DNA of 64,000 nucleotides from Macrostomum lignano (Eukaryota): NCBI GenBank assembly GCA_002269645.1, contig NIVC01000019.1, positions 744,001 to 808,000 of the forward strand, read 5' to 3'. Shown piece by piece: positions 1 to 10,714 of this stretch (position 1 is its first letter; each line of letters starts with the position of its first letter). The notes under the pieces were generated by a model. It saw only the letters and a program-made list of their open reading frames with translations, ran no database searches and was not told where the DNA came from. The position numbers and the translations under genes were made by a program.

Positions 1-612
1 TGCCACCAAGTCCAGCGTCTGCAACAGGCGGCGCTCGATGCCCAGCACGGCGGACTGGGTGACGGGCCGGACAAAGACGTGCATGCAGCTGTAGGGGTAG
101 TTGACGGCGCCGAAGCCGGACAGCAGCGCCATGATGGTCACGCCGATGACGCCGACCCGGCCGATGCACTGCTCCAGAGAGAAGATGCCATGGTTGGGCG
201 ACAGGATCGGGAAGGGGTCGCCGAGACGCCAGAACAGCCAGACGAAGCCGAGCCAGCAGGCCAGCGCCAGGGCGGACCGGACAGACCGGCGGCGCGGCAG
301 GAAGCTGGCCGATGAGATGGCGAAGTAGCAGGTGTAGTAGGGCAGCACCACCATGACCAAGATCAGCATAGCGAAAATGCACAGCCGCCACCAAAGCCGG
401 CGGGACAGCGGGTCGAGCAGGCCGACAATCTCGAAGATGATCAATTCGAACATGCCGCAGGACAAGGCGAAAGTGACAGAGAAGGACACCAGCACAATCC
501 AATGCCGGACCTCGTAGTCGCGGAACAAATGCTTGAGAAAGAACACCCAGCCAAGGGCGAAGAAGGCGCACATGGAGGCCAGCATGACTACAGAATCGGA
601 GCCAACCGTCAT
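1..612 (-). CDS. GPR89: Golgi pH regulator GPR89/GPHR, N-terminal coding exon (continues off the window edge)
   Basis: Manual translation from ATG at 612: MTVGSDSVVMLASMCAFFALGWVFFLKHLFRDYEVRHWIVLVSFSVTFALSCGMFELIIFEIVG...WRLGDPFPILSPNHGIFSLEQCIGRVGVIGVTIMALLSGFGAVNYPY...ERRLLQTLD. These are hallmark GPR89 motifs. The frame is open to base 1. Confidence 0.95.
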   Translation of the reverse strand, partial: MTVGSDSVVMLASMCAFFALGWVFFLKHLFRDYEVRHWIVLVSFSVTFALSCGMFELIIFEIVGLLDPLSRRLWWRLCIFAMLILVMVVLPYYTCYFAISSASFLPRRRSVRSALALACWLGFVWLFWRLGDPFPILSPNHGIFSLEQCIGRVGVIGVTIMALLSGFGAVNYPYSCMHVFVRPVTQSAVLGIERRLLQTLDLVA

Positions 613-621
613 GACTGAATC

Positions 622-847
622 TTGTTGCTAGGCAACTAGCTGCAAACCAACTGGCTTAGTTTATGTTGCTAGGCAACTAGCTGCAAACCAATATAACTGG
701 CTTAGTTTATGTTGCTAGGCAACTAGCTGCAAACCAATATAACTGGCTTAGTTTATGTTGCTAGGCAACTAGCTGCAAACCAATATAACTGGCTTAGTTA
801 TGTTGCTAGGCAACTAGCTACAAACCAATATAACTGGCTTAGTTTAT
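622..847. repeat. About 46-bp tandem repeat, 5 copies, each with GTTGCTAGGCAAC (RFX X-box-like) and CCAAT in most copies
   Basis: Motif starts at 624, 665, 711, 757 and 802; unit TGTTGCTAGGCAACTAGCTGCAAACCAATATAACTGGCTTAGTTTA. Confidence 0.9.
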
Positions 848-1259
848 GCAAACAGCTACAATTTCATTCCTTAGTTTTTTATTCACAAAAATCGATTCAT
901 TTAAATTAATTAAAAATGTCTAATTTCAGTTAGATTTGCTTTCACTTTATGCTTTGCTTAACTTCTTATATGCTACTTACAGTAGTCATATTTATATCAA
1001 GTAAATATCCAGCCCTTGGGTTCTTTGAAACTTCACAATAGCAATTCTGCCTGTGCAATGTTTATACCTAAATTCAAGTTTTCTCTCATCTCTTTTCTCT
1101 GCCTCACTCTTCCCTTTCCTCTCTCCTCTCCCCTCATCTCATCTCTCGTCTCCTATTCCCTCCCTTTTCCAATCTCATCTGGCCCATAGCCATGAGATGG
1201 ATTCTTTATCTGGCCCTTGAGGTAAAAAAGTTTGCTGACTGCTGACTTATACCAAAGTC

Positions 1260-1478
1260 CAGTGGTAGATCTAGAATTTTATTTTGTGTGTGGGGGTGGT
1301 CCAAGTTTTGGGCACAAATTTTAAAACTGGAGGGTGCAAAATGTATAGTGGGAGAAAAATCAAGCTTAGGGGGTGCAAAAATGCATTTTAAGGGCACAAA
1401 ATTAGGTTTTTGGGGGTGCAATATGTTCTATCAAGCTATTTTTAGGGAGGGGGCAAGCTGCCCTCAAATCTGCCCTTG
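1260..1478. mobile_element. Small degenerate hAT-like MITE
   Basis: Imperfect termini CAGTGGTAGATCT / AAATCTGCCCTTG; 8-bp flanks CCAAAGTC (1252-1259) and CCAAAATC (1479-1486), one mismatch. Confidence 0.5.
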
Positions 1479-2022
1479 CCAAAATCTATACATAAGTCTA
1501 GATATTAGTAGACATAAATCTATACCTAAGTCTATACAAGTATACCCTGACTTACACATACATATGTATATATAAGCCTGAATATTTTAAATGTCCATAT
1601 TTATAGGATTACTTGACTTTGATAATTGATAGAAGTCTTAAAATCACAAGAATCCCAAAAAGTAATAAATATGATATCAATCACATGACTATCACATGAC
1701 TGATGTGACTATCCAGCTCATAGAAATTAAGATGTTACTTTGGCATCGTAGCCAAGGTCTAAATTTAGGATGCCAAAATTAAATTTGATAAGACATGGCA
1801 TAAGCTTATGACAAAAATGAAACCTAGACTACAAGTCTCATGAGTCATGATTACTTCTTTGACTAATAATTGGTGTTAATCCAATAACATGACAGCACAA
1901 TCCATTCAATCATAATTAGCTAAACTATCTAATAGTTGCAATGATTGAAATGGGACAAAAAGCTATAGAATTGCTTTTGTAAGTGTCAGTTTTGATAGTT
2001 ACTTGTCTCTCCCTAACTATAA

Positions 2023-2448
2023 AAGAGGTACCATCAGGGGGCCTGGCGCGAGGGCCACTGGGTCCTGGGTATGGTCAAGCGTGGCTCCAACAAGTGCATG
2101 ATGACAGTCGTTCCGGATCGCTCTGCCGCCACCTTGGTACCAATCATCCAATAGTTTGTACTACCGGGTACGCGCATCATCACCGATGGATGGTTGGCGT
2201 ACGCTGGTCTACCCAACCACGTCTCGGTGAACCATCGGCTGCACTTCGTAGATCCAGCGGACCCAACAGTCCACACCAACACCGTGGAGGGCACATGGGC
2301 CCACGCAAAGCGCAAGATCTGCAACATGCATGGCATGAGCGACGCTCTCTTCGACGCACACATTGAGGAATTTCTCTGGCGTCATCTGTATCCCCAATGT
2401 CCACTTGGGGCTATCCTGTACTGGATTGGACATTACTATCCATTGTAG
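2023..2448 (+). pseudogene. Merlin / ISXO2-like (IS1595 family) DDE transposase relic
   Basis: One frame reads KRYHQGAWREGHWVLGMVKRGSNKCMMTVVPDRSAATLVPIIQ*FVLPGTRIITDGWLAY...VNHRLHFVDPADPTVHTNTVEGTWAHAKR...HIEEFLWR. In-frame TAG at 2152-2154; N-terminus missing. Confidence 0.88.
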
Positions 2449-3039
2449 ACACCTTAATGACCTGCAGACACACTCTAAGTGACTATGCGCTCTAACAGAC
2501 TGCTATCATGTTCCACTGTTTCAGTTTTGTTTGGTTACATTGTTATTTAACACACCTGTTCAAAATTCAAATGTCAAAATAATTTACCGAACGGAAGTGT
2601 AGGATTGCCAGGTTAGCAAATTAGAGATCTTGTAAATCTTGCATAACATATATATATATTTGCCATTTATTTAGTCCCTTTAATAAAATGTTCATATCAA
2701 AAGACTGGCATCTTTTACTACAGCTATACTATAAATATAGCTATGGAAAGTTAAATAGAATATGAATTTAGTCAGTAGTTATAGATATTTTTATACCTAG
2801 GCCTAGCCTACTCTATAACTAGATAAAACTAATGTTAAGAGGATTTTACTTTAAATGCAAGGAAGCTCTTAAGTTGAAGACTTGAACACTAGATAGGGGC
2901 CTATTTCATATTATATATATAAGGATTAAGATTGTAGTAGGGCCTAGCTAGATTTTTTAAAGTCTGCCTAAAAAGATCAAGGGCCAACAGTCTATTATCC
3001 AAGTTTTATCATTTTTTTTTATTATACATCACACTACAG

Positions 3040-3082
3040 ATCATCTCTACATATAAAAATCAAAACTCTGTCTGTCTGTCTT
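3040..3082 (+). repeat. 5' end of a dispersed repeat shared with 39676 (Helitron-like non-autonomous family, inferred)
   Basis: ATCATCTCTACATATAAAAATCAAAACTCTGTCTGTCTGTCT is nearly identical to 39676-39722. Confidence 0.55.
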
Positions 3083-3944
3083 ATAATATATGCCAAAAAT
3101 TGGGTATGTATTGGCCTTGCACCCCTAAAGTTTGGCATGCAAAGTTGGCATGAATTACTCCTAAAAGTAGTGTGTGTGCATACCTAGAGTGCAATTTTCT
3201 AAAATCATGCAAAAAAGTTGGTATTAAAGTTAATACTAAAGTAAAGTATTAAAGTAAAAAATTTCGGCGTTGCGCGTTGCTCCTGAACTGCAGGAGAACA
3301 GTTTTTGTTAAATTTCGGTGGTGAATGACTGCCGCTAAACTCCGCGGTGAACGAAATAAGTGCGTTCTCCGAGTCAAAAATAGTAAATTTTCCTATTAAA
3401 AAGTTATCAAAGTAAAATTTTATCACTTTCATCAGCATTTTTGCATTCCCTTTTGTGTTGATTGTTAAGCTATTTATTTTAATGCGAAGCGAAAACTTTA
3501 AAAAAATATTTTGAACTACGAGGACCTTTTTTGCGCAAAGTGGCAGGCAGTTATGTAGCGCACATGCGCACAAAAAATACATTATATTTATACGTCGTGT
3601 GGTATTTTTGTGCCCATACTTAAAAATGAAGCCTTTTATGCTGTTTTACTTCCTTTATGTTTAGATATATTTTTCATTTACGTCTTGAAACACACAGTCA
3701 AAGTGTTAATATCAGTATAGGCAATAAAATGGGCATTTCTTGGCTTGATGCTTTTTACAACTGGCTAGAAGCCTCTGTTTTGATATTTCTTCGCTTCTAT
3801 TAAGTCAAAAATCTAGGCGCATCTCTAGTTTTACTTGCGCTATCGACTATATATGATTTAAGCCTTAAAAATAAAGTAAAAAATCCGGTGAACCCAAGTG
3901 GCGGTGAAATCAGTAGTTAGTTGCATGCATGCCCACCCAACCCG

Positions 3945-4072
3945 ACCCGACCCGACCAACAAATTGACCATCTGTGAAGAAAAAAATCGTTTGGCGGACA
4001 AAGTTCCTCCATTGTCGGACAATATTTCTCTGCTGTCGGACAAAGTTTTTCCTTTGGCGGACAGTATTTGTC
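3945..4072. repeat. Left block of the 21-bp foldback-type repeat (GTCGGACAAA-type units)
   Basis: Degenerate units such as TTGGCGGACAAAGTTCCTCCA and TTGTCGGACAAAGTTTTTCCT; same family and orientation as 6448-6670. Confidence 0.7.
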
Positions 4073-4089
4073 TCAAGCAGGGCACCCGG

Positions 4090-4920
4090 AAGTACCGCGC
4101 CGGATCTTCCAAACACGCCAGATCTTTTCAAACAAACGACAACGGTGGTGTTGTCGGTGTAGAAGGTCACCTCCGAGTTTGCCAGCCGGTCGGGAAAACG
4201 GACAATGAAGATGAGAGGAACAACCGCTTCCAAATGGTTTATGGGAAGGCTCTTGAAGGCGCCACCGCATTCGAGTTCTCAATTGATGTAGAGCCAATCA
4301 TGCTGGACACCATCGCTGAAGATCGCCGCTCCACCTTGAAGACAAGCGTCAGTCTCAACAACGATGCGAGAGTCGGGCTGCGGCCACAGCTCGAGGCCTG
4401 CGGGCCTGTCAGTAGCGCTACGCCAGAACATCAGTTCAAAGCGAGCAGTGGCAACGATTTTCAGCTTGTGGTGCGGATTGGCAAGGGAGCTGCACAAGTC
4501 GATGAGGTCCCGAAGAAAGCACCTACCGGAGCAGGCAACCTCACAAAACCAGCCAAGTTTGCGACAAAGCCGTTGGAGCTGTCTCTTAGAAACACAAGAG
4601 TGAGACAGGCGAGTGTCCAGAATATCCTGAAGCTCCTAAAGCTCCTGACGCTTCTCCTGCGGGAGACTAAGTGTGCCGAGAGCAGTGTCGATTTTGATTC
4701 CGAGAAAAATTAGGGATTGGCACGGTTCGACGACTTTCTTCCAGGGAATGGTTAGGCCCAGGTCGCGCAGCAGCGCCAAAAGGGCAGAGAAGGCTTCTGC
4801 CCTTCTTCTTTTGCCCTTTGCCCAGAGAGTGGCCGACTGCTGGTAGGAGATCTCGGTAGGAGCAAAATCGAAAGTGTCAGTGACGTCAAATCCATTAGCA
4901 ATTCCGTTAAGCAAAATCAC
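4090..4920 (-). pseudogene. DIRS-like RT thumb plus RNase H relic, RT catalytic core deleted
   Basis: Reads ILLNGIANGFD..SYQQSAT, then jumps to LLRDLGLTIPWKKVVEPCQSLIFLGIKIDT..LSLPQEK, then VSKRQLQRLCRKLGWFCEVACSGRCFLRDLID, IVVETDACLQGG, LPINHLEAVV and VTFYTDNTTVV. Stops at 4636-4638 and 4279-4281; no YxDD found. Confidence 0.8.
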
Positions 4921-5013
4921 GGTCTGGGTCTGATTTACGCTCGAGACGCCAGGTGCTGAGGTTGCGGTGAATAGGGAAAAGATCCAAGGAAAGATCGGCT
5001 AGCTCGTCGGGAT

Positions 5014-6367
5014 TTAAAAGACTGTAAAAATGATTGGCAGCCGGAGGAGCTTCGCGCGGGTGCTCGAAGTGCCGAAGGCGGGTGCCGGGCGCTTCAGTTT
5101 TTTGACTTGGCAACATCCTCCGGGTGTGCTGAGGCTATAGGTGGTTCCCTCGACAGATACGGCAGACGTAAAGGAAGGAGCACTGGCGACGGAAGCACCT
5201 GTTAGCGTTAAAGTTGTTGCAGAGCTAGCGTCGATCAGCCGCACCGTGAAGAGGCTGCTTAGATGCGGCTTTCTTATCCTGAGATTCCGTCTCTCCTGGG
5301 GCGAGAATATGCTTTGCGACTGGAACGACTCGGTACCCCAGTGAAATCCGTATTTGTGCTGGTAAGCCTCATCAAATCTCATCTGCACCTTGGTAGTCGC
5401 GAAGCCCATGCACCTCGGCCAACTCTGCGAGCTGGATGTTGAAGGTCAGGTACTGCCGCAGCTGCGTGACATCGATGGAGCCATCTGGCCTCACAGAGAG
5501 CAGCTTTCCCCGTGGGACCATATGGTCCATGATCCTGGCAATACCGATGACCCACCGAGGAAAAGTGAGGGTGTCAGTGCTAGGTGCTTTACTTGCTGAA
5601 GCGCTTGAGTGGAATCTTGGGCGGCTTGGTTGTCCATGCCGTGTTTCGTTTGGAGTTGCCGCTCCTCCCGCTGCAGCTTGAGAAGGTGATCCGTCTTTCG
5701 GCCTCTAATTAGACAATAGCGTAAGAAGCCCTCCAGTTCATTTATTGGCTGAGAGGTGCTTGTAGTGACGCTCCATAAAGATAAAAGATTAATATCTACG
5801 AAGCAGAAAAAATTACTCGCTTATTAGGAAAGTGGACACTATCTTCTGATGGTAGACAGACAGCATTATGCATCTTTCGTTTGCCACGGCTACTGTGTAT
5901 AGTACAACGGCTGTACCGGCTACATCGTCAGGCGCGTCAGTGAAGACACTGGCAGGCGGTTCAGACAGTCGTAATGCTCTGGTTGCAGATATTGCACCGA
6001 AGTCTGACTCGTTTTCTAGAAAAGTCATGACTGCGGACAAAATGCGAGCTACACTGCTATTGGCAGGCCTTCACACCGAAAATTCTTGCACGCCAAACTC
6101 CACGCGTTGTCATTTCAGTTAGGTCTGTACCGACTTGATTTGATTGGATCTTTAGTTTGGCAAGCGTTCCTCTAACGCTAGTGTGCAATTTTTTACGGCG
6201 ATGGATGCGTTGGATGCGTTTTCGGCTATTTTGTGGTTTGATGCCCACCAGATGCCCACTGGCCGTTTGGTCATCTCGTCGGCAATCGCACGAGTCTCCG
6301 CATTTTCGGATTCAGTGCGCGATTCACCAGGCTCACTGACGCTGTTGTTTGAACCGTCTGAGCCCAT
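5014..6367 (-). pseudogene. DIRS/Ngaro ORF1 (gag-like) relic, frameshifted
   Basis: Segments TLTFPRWVIGIARIMDHMV..LRQYLTFNIQLAELAEVHG and RFDEAYQHKYGFHWGTES resemble ORF1 of YR retroelements (recalled family pattern). Confidence 0.55.
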
Positions 6368-6447
6368 GCCGGTTTTGTCGCGATCGTCGGCGCTTGTATT
6401 GTTTGACGATGATCAGCCGCCACACCTAATCGACTATCTGTTGTTGT

Positions 6448-7400
6448 GTCGGACAAAATTCCTCCGTTAGCGGACAAAATTTCTTCGTTGTCGGACAAAA
6501 CTTCTCCGTTGTCGGACATAATTTCTCCGTTGGCGGACAAAACTTCTCCGTTGTCGGACATAATTTCTCCGTTGGCGGACAAAACTTCTCCGTTGTCGGA
6601 CATAATTTTTCCGTTGGTGGACAAAACGGAGTCCTGTCCACCGTTGGCGGAAAATATTTCTCCACTGGAGTTGTGCAATCTTCATTGTGCACGCATTTAG
6701 AAATTTTGTCTTCCAACAAAGACATTTTGTCCACCAACGGAGGAATTTTGTCCGCCAACGGAAAAATTATGTCCGACAACGGAGAAGTTTTGTCTAACAA
6801 TGGAGAAGATTTGTCCGCCAACAGAGAAATTTTGTCCGCTAACGGAGAAATTTATTCCGCCAACGGAGAAATGTTGTCCACTAACGGAGGAATTTGTCCG
6901 CGCATCTAGAAATTTTGTTCTCCAACGGTGAAATATTTTCCGCCAACGGAGAAGTTTTGTCTGCCAACGGAGAAGTTTTGTCTGCCAACGGAGAAGTTTT
7001 GTCTGCCAACGGAGAAGTTTTGTCTGCCAACGGAGAAGTTTTGTCTGCCAACGGAGAAGTTTTGTCTGACAACGAAGAAATTTTGTCCGCTAACGGAGAA
7101 ATATTTTGCGCCAAAGCAGACATTTTGTCCGCCAACGGAGAAATTATGTCCGACAACCGAGAAGTTTTGTCCGCTAACGGATAATCTTGTCCGCAAATGG
7201 ACTAACAGACATTTTTTGCAAGTGAATCTTCCTGTGCGGATAAAATTATCTGTAGGTGGAATAATTATTCTTTTGCGCCAAAAATTGTCCACCTGCTGAA
7301 AAAATTTCCGTTAGTAGAAAATATTGTCTTTTAAGGCAGAAAATCTTTCGTTGCGGATAAAATTAAAGAAGAAAATTGTCCGTTGTCGTTTGGCTTTGTC
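6448..7400. repeat. Foldback-like inverted arrays of a 21-bp unit (GCCAACGGAGAAGTTTTGTCT)
   Basis: 6448-6670 carries the reverse complement (GACAAAACTTCTCCGTTGGC) of the units in 6700-7190; the orientation switches near 6670-6700. Confidence 0.85.
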
Positions 7401-7563
7401 CGTTGTTCCTGTTCAGCAGTTTCGCAACTTGCGCTGCTCTCTGTATCGCTCATAATAGCACTGGCTTCGGATGAAATCTGTCTATGGCAGTCTGAGGCTT
7501 GCTTGAGCAAAATTGAAAAATGCCATAATTATATTGCAGCAACAAAACAAGTAGTCGTATAAA

Positions 7564-8136
7564 ATGGACGACACCAAGTGGACCAGTGAGTTCGATGATC
7601 TCTTTGTTTCAATTGGTGGCGTTATGCACAAAACCCGTAGTGAATTGGAGTGGAGTCCGAGAGCGCTTTATCAACCAGCTAGGAAGCCACTGGGCAAGCG
7701 TTCCTTCATGAAACGCGTGCCGCCAATATCGATTCATTATTTTCAAATGGCTTTCTCGCTGGTTCAAAAGGGTCTTTTGGATCAGCAATTTACTTTACTC
7801 CAACAATTCAGAAAGCTCTGGCCTATTGTGATGGCGGTCCTACGAAATTGGTTATTGGCTCTTACGTAAATCTAACAAAAGCTTGGCCAAAGACTTCGGA
7901 AGAGAGGCACATGAATGCAAAGTCTGTGCTGGAAGCTGGCTATGACTCTGTGTTCGGCAAGATGGCGAGTCTTAATAACACAGGGTTTCTGTACCGCGAG
8001 TTTGTGGTATGATTCTGCCCAATCTTTGCCAGCGTTTCTGATCGAGTTGGAATCGCATTGGCCTTTAATAAATTCATTTGCAATTTACAACTATAACAAA
8101 GCATGCTATGTTTATGAGTTGAACATTCTTCTATAA
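7564..8136 (+). pseudogene. Intronless PARP-family (H-Y-E) ADP-ribosyltransferase catalytic domain, frameshifted
   Basis: Frame 7683-8012: QAFLHETRAANIDSLFSNGFLAGSKGSFGSAIYFTPTIQKALAY...AGYDSVFGK..NNTGFLYREFVV. It continues after a frameshift at about 8007 as YDSAQSLPAFLIEL. Confidence 0.8.
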
Positions 8137-8284
8137 AAAACTTGGCTCAAATTATTTTTGGTGAGCAAACTCTAATGATCGTCATTTTGATGCGCCTGCT
8201 ATGAAGTGTCTTTTATGCTTTTTTCTTTTAAAGTCTTCACACATTAAATATAAAATGATCGACCATTGCACAAATGGACTATTT

Positions 8285-8425
8285 AATTTGCTGACCGGAC
8301 AAATGACATTTTGTCCGCAAACGGACTATTTTATCGACCAGACAATCTTTTTCCACCAAAGGACAATTTTGTTAAAAAAACACGGACAGCTCAATCTGCT
8401 GACGGAAGTTTTATCCGTAAACGGA
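8285..8425. repeat. Degenerate distal block of the 21-bp foldback repeat family
   Basis: CATTTTGTCCGCAAACGGA and GTTTTATCCGTAAACGGAA units, in the same orientation as 6700-7190. Confidence 0.5.
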
Positions 8426-8697
8426 ACTTTGTTGTTTCAGTTGTCTACTTTGCTTACATACATACTCTTACGAACTACATACGTGCATATAGAAGCGTAC
8501 ATGTACGCTATGTAACTGTGTGGGCAGAACTTGTGCGTAGCTTATCAAGCATGTCATATAACGGCGGTGAGCATATGCAAGTAACACTTAACCACTAGAA
8601 GTTACATAATTACCCCACAAGAACGCAATACACTGTTTACTCGTATGTGCATGCGTTCGTGTGTGTCAGTCGAGAATTTTAACAAAATACACATCAT

Positions 8698-9147
8698 TCA
8701 AGCTTTCCGCGACAGAATTCGCAGTTTTATTGGCTCTTTGACAGCCGAAATTGTTGTCGCCTTGTAGTCGAGCTGGTCGTACGGTTTCGTGTCCGGTGCG
8801 GTGCGAAATTCCACAGCCAGCAGCAGCTCCGCCATGGCCTTGCGGATTTCCATCTGGGCCAGGCGCATCCCGATGCAGCTGCGCGGCCCCATGCCGAACG
8901 GCAGGAAGTGAGCCAGCCCGGCGCCATCGGTCGAGCCGCGCGCAAATCGGTCGGGATTAAAAACTTCGGGATTTTCCCACGCTTCTGGGTCGTGCGCAAT
9001 GCTCACTATGGGAATTCGCACGTTTACGCCTTTCTCGACTTCGTAGCCGTTGATAACGGTGGTCTCCGTGCAGACACGGTCAGTGAACAGAGCCGGAGGG
9101 CACAGCCGCAGAGTCTCGTCCAGACACTGGTTCAGAAAGGTCAGTCC
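8698..9147 (-). CDS. Cytochrome P450 (clan 3, CYP3A-like), exon 2
   Basis: Acceptor TATGCAG|GGA, phase 0; DETLR (ExxR), PDRF and FGMGPRSCIG heme motifs; TGA at 8698-8700. Confidence 0.95.
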   Translation of the reverse strand, partial: GLTFLNQCLDETLRLCPPALFTDRVCTETTVINGYEVEKGVNVRIPIVSIAHDPEAWENPEVFNPDRFARGSTDGAGLAHFLPFGMGPRSCIGMRLAQMEIRKAMAELLLAVEFRTAPDTKPYDQLDYKATTISAVKEPIKLRILSRKA

Positions 9148-9269
9148 CTGCATAGGGTTGTGATGGAGGAAGAGAAAAAATCTTCTGTAATCCCAGAAAT
9201 CTCTGCGAGCTCTTCTAAGCATTCCCCTGGACACAAAACACTCTCTTGGATATGCAGAACGCTGTGCCT

Positions 9270-10190
9270 CTGGACATTGAGCAATCTGACCTCCTGGATA
9301 TTGAGCAATCTGATCTCCTGGACATTGAGCAATCTGACCTCCTGGATATTGAGCAATCTGATCTCCTGGATATTGAGCAATCTGATCTCCTGGATATTGA
9401 GCAATCTGATCTCCTGGACATAGCAATCTGACCTCCTGGATATTGAGCAATCTGATCTCCTGGACATTGAGCAATCTGACCTCCTGGATATTGAGCAATC
9501 TGATCTCCTGGATATTGAGCAATCTGATCTCCTGGATATTGAGCAATCTGATCTCCTGGACATTGAGCAATCTGACCTCCTGGATATTGAGCAATCTGAT
9601 CTCCTGGACATTGAGCAATCTGACCTCCTGGATATTGAGCAATCTGATCTCCTGGAAATTGAGCAATCTGACCTCCTGGATATTAAGCAATCTGATCTCC
9701 TGGATATTGAGCAATCTGATCTCCTGGATATTAGGCAATCTGACCTCCTGGACATTGAGCAATCTGACCTCCTGGAAATTGAGCAATCTGACCTCCTGGA
9801 TATTAAGCAATCTGACCTCCTGGATATTGAGCAATCTGATCTCCTGGATATTAGGCAATCTGACCTCCTGGATATTGAGCAATCTGATCTCCTGGATATT
9901 GAGCAATCTGACCTCCTGGATATTAGGCAATTTGACCTCCTGGATATTGAGCAATCTGACCTCCTGGACATTGAGCAATCTGACCTCCTGGATATTGAGC
10001 AATCTGATCTCCTGGATATTGAGCAACCTGATCTCCTGGATATTGAGCAATCTGACCTCCTGGATATTGAGCAATCTGACCTCCTGGACATTGAGCAATC
10101 TGACCTCCTGGATATTGAGCAATCTGACCTCCTGGACATGCAAGACACTGCCCCTGGAGATGAAGCAATTTGATCTCCTGGACATGCAGA
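9270..10190. repeat. 24-bp intronic minisatellite (TATTGAGCAATCTGAYCTCCTGGA)
   Basis: About 38 copies inside the CYP intron 9148-10714. Confidence 0.95.
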
Positions 10191-10714
10191 ACTTAAAGTA
10201 CCTTAGTTACCGCTAAACTGCTCTTAACTACCTGCTTATTCTCAGCTGCACTTTTTATAAAGTTTAAAGTAATTTGAAACTTCGTACACTTAAGCTTTGA
10301 TTGTGATTGCATCGAAAAAAATTGGTTAAAAAACTAAAAAACGAAGAGTGTCGATAAGACAATTAGAAGGGGTGGAGTGCGCGACGAAAGAAAGAGAGGC
10401 TATATTGAAGAACCAATCAGAAGGCAGCGAGGGAGATAGAAAAAATAGCAAGACTGGCCATCTAAACAGAGAGGGACGCGAAAGAAAGAGGCGAAATCGA
10501 AGAGCCAATCAGAAGGCAGCGAGGGAGGGAGAGAGAGAGAGAGAGAGAAAATAACAAGACTGATCTAGACAGAAATTAAGGAAGAGAAAACAGAGAAAAC
10601 AGAGCTAAAAGTAAAGACGAACTAAAAAATAAATACGCTCGTAAGACAGTCACGAAAAGTCCTGCTTAGCTATAGACGTGCATAATAATTTCATTTACAT
10701 CGGATTTAACTAAC

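Larger units (their letters stand above)
4073..6447 (-). mobile_element. Internally deleted, decayed DIRS/Ngaro-type (tyrosine-recombinase class) retroelement
   Basis: Gag-like and RT/RNase H fragments on the minus strand (next two entries); the element interrupts the 21-bp array at TTGTC^GGAC. No recombinase ORF was seen. Confidence 0.75.

Noticed and set aside
79-328. Short plus-strand ORFs
   Set aside because: Antisense shadows of the GPR89 exon.
3898-4713. 271-aa plus-strand ORF
   Set aside because: It is the antisense shadow of the DIRS RT/RNase H relic plus foldback repeats.
8698-10185. 495-aa ORF fusing NIQEVRLL repeats to a P450 C-terminus
   Set aside because: This is read-through of a 24-bp intronic minisatellite into exon 2. 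Canonical phase-0 splice sites at 10715/9147 give a normal 511-aa CYP.
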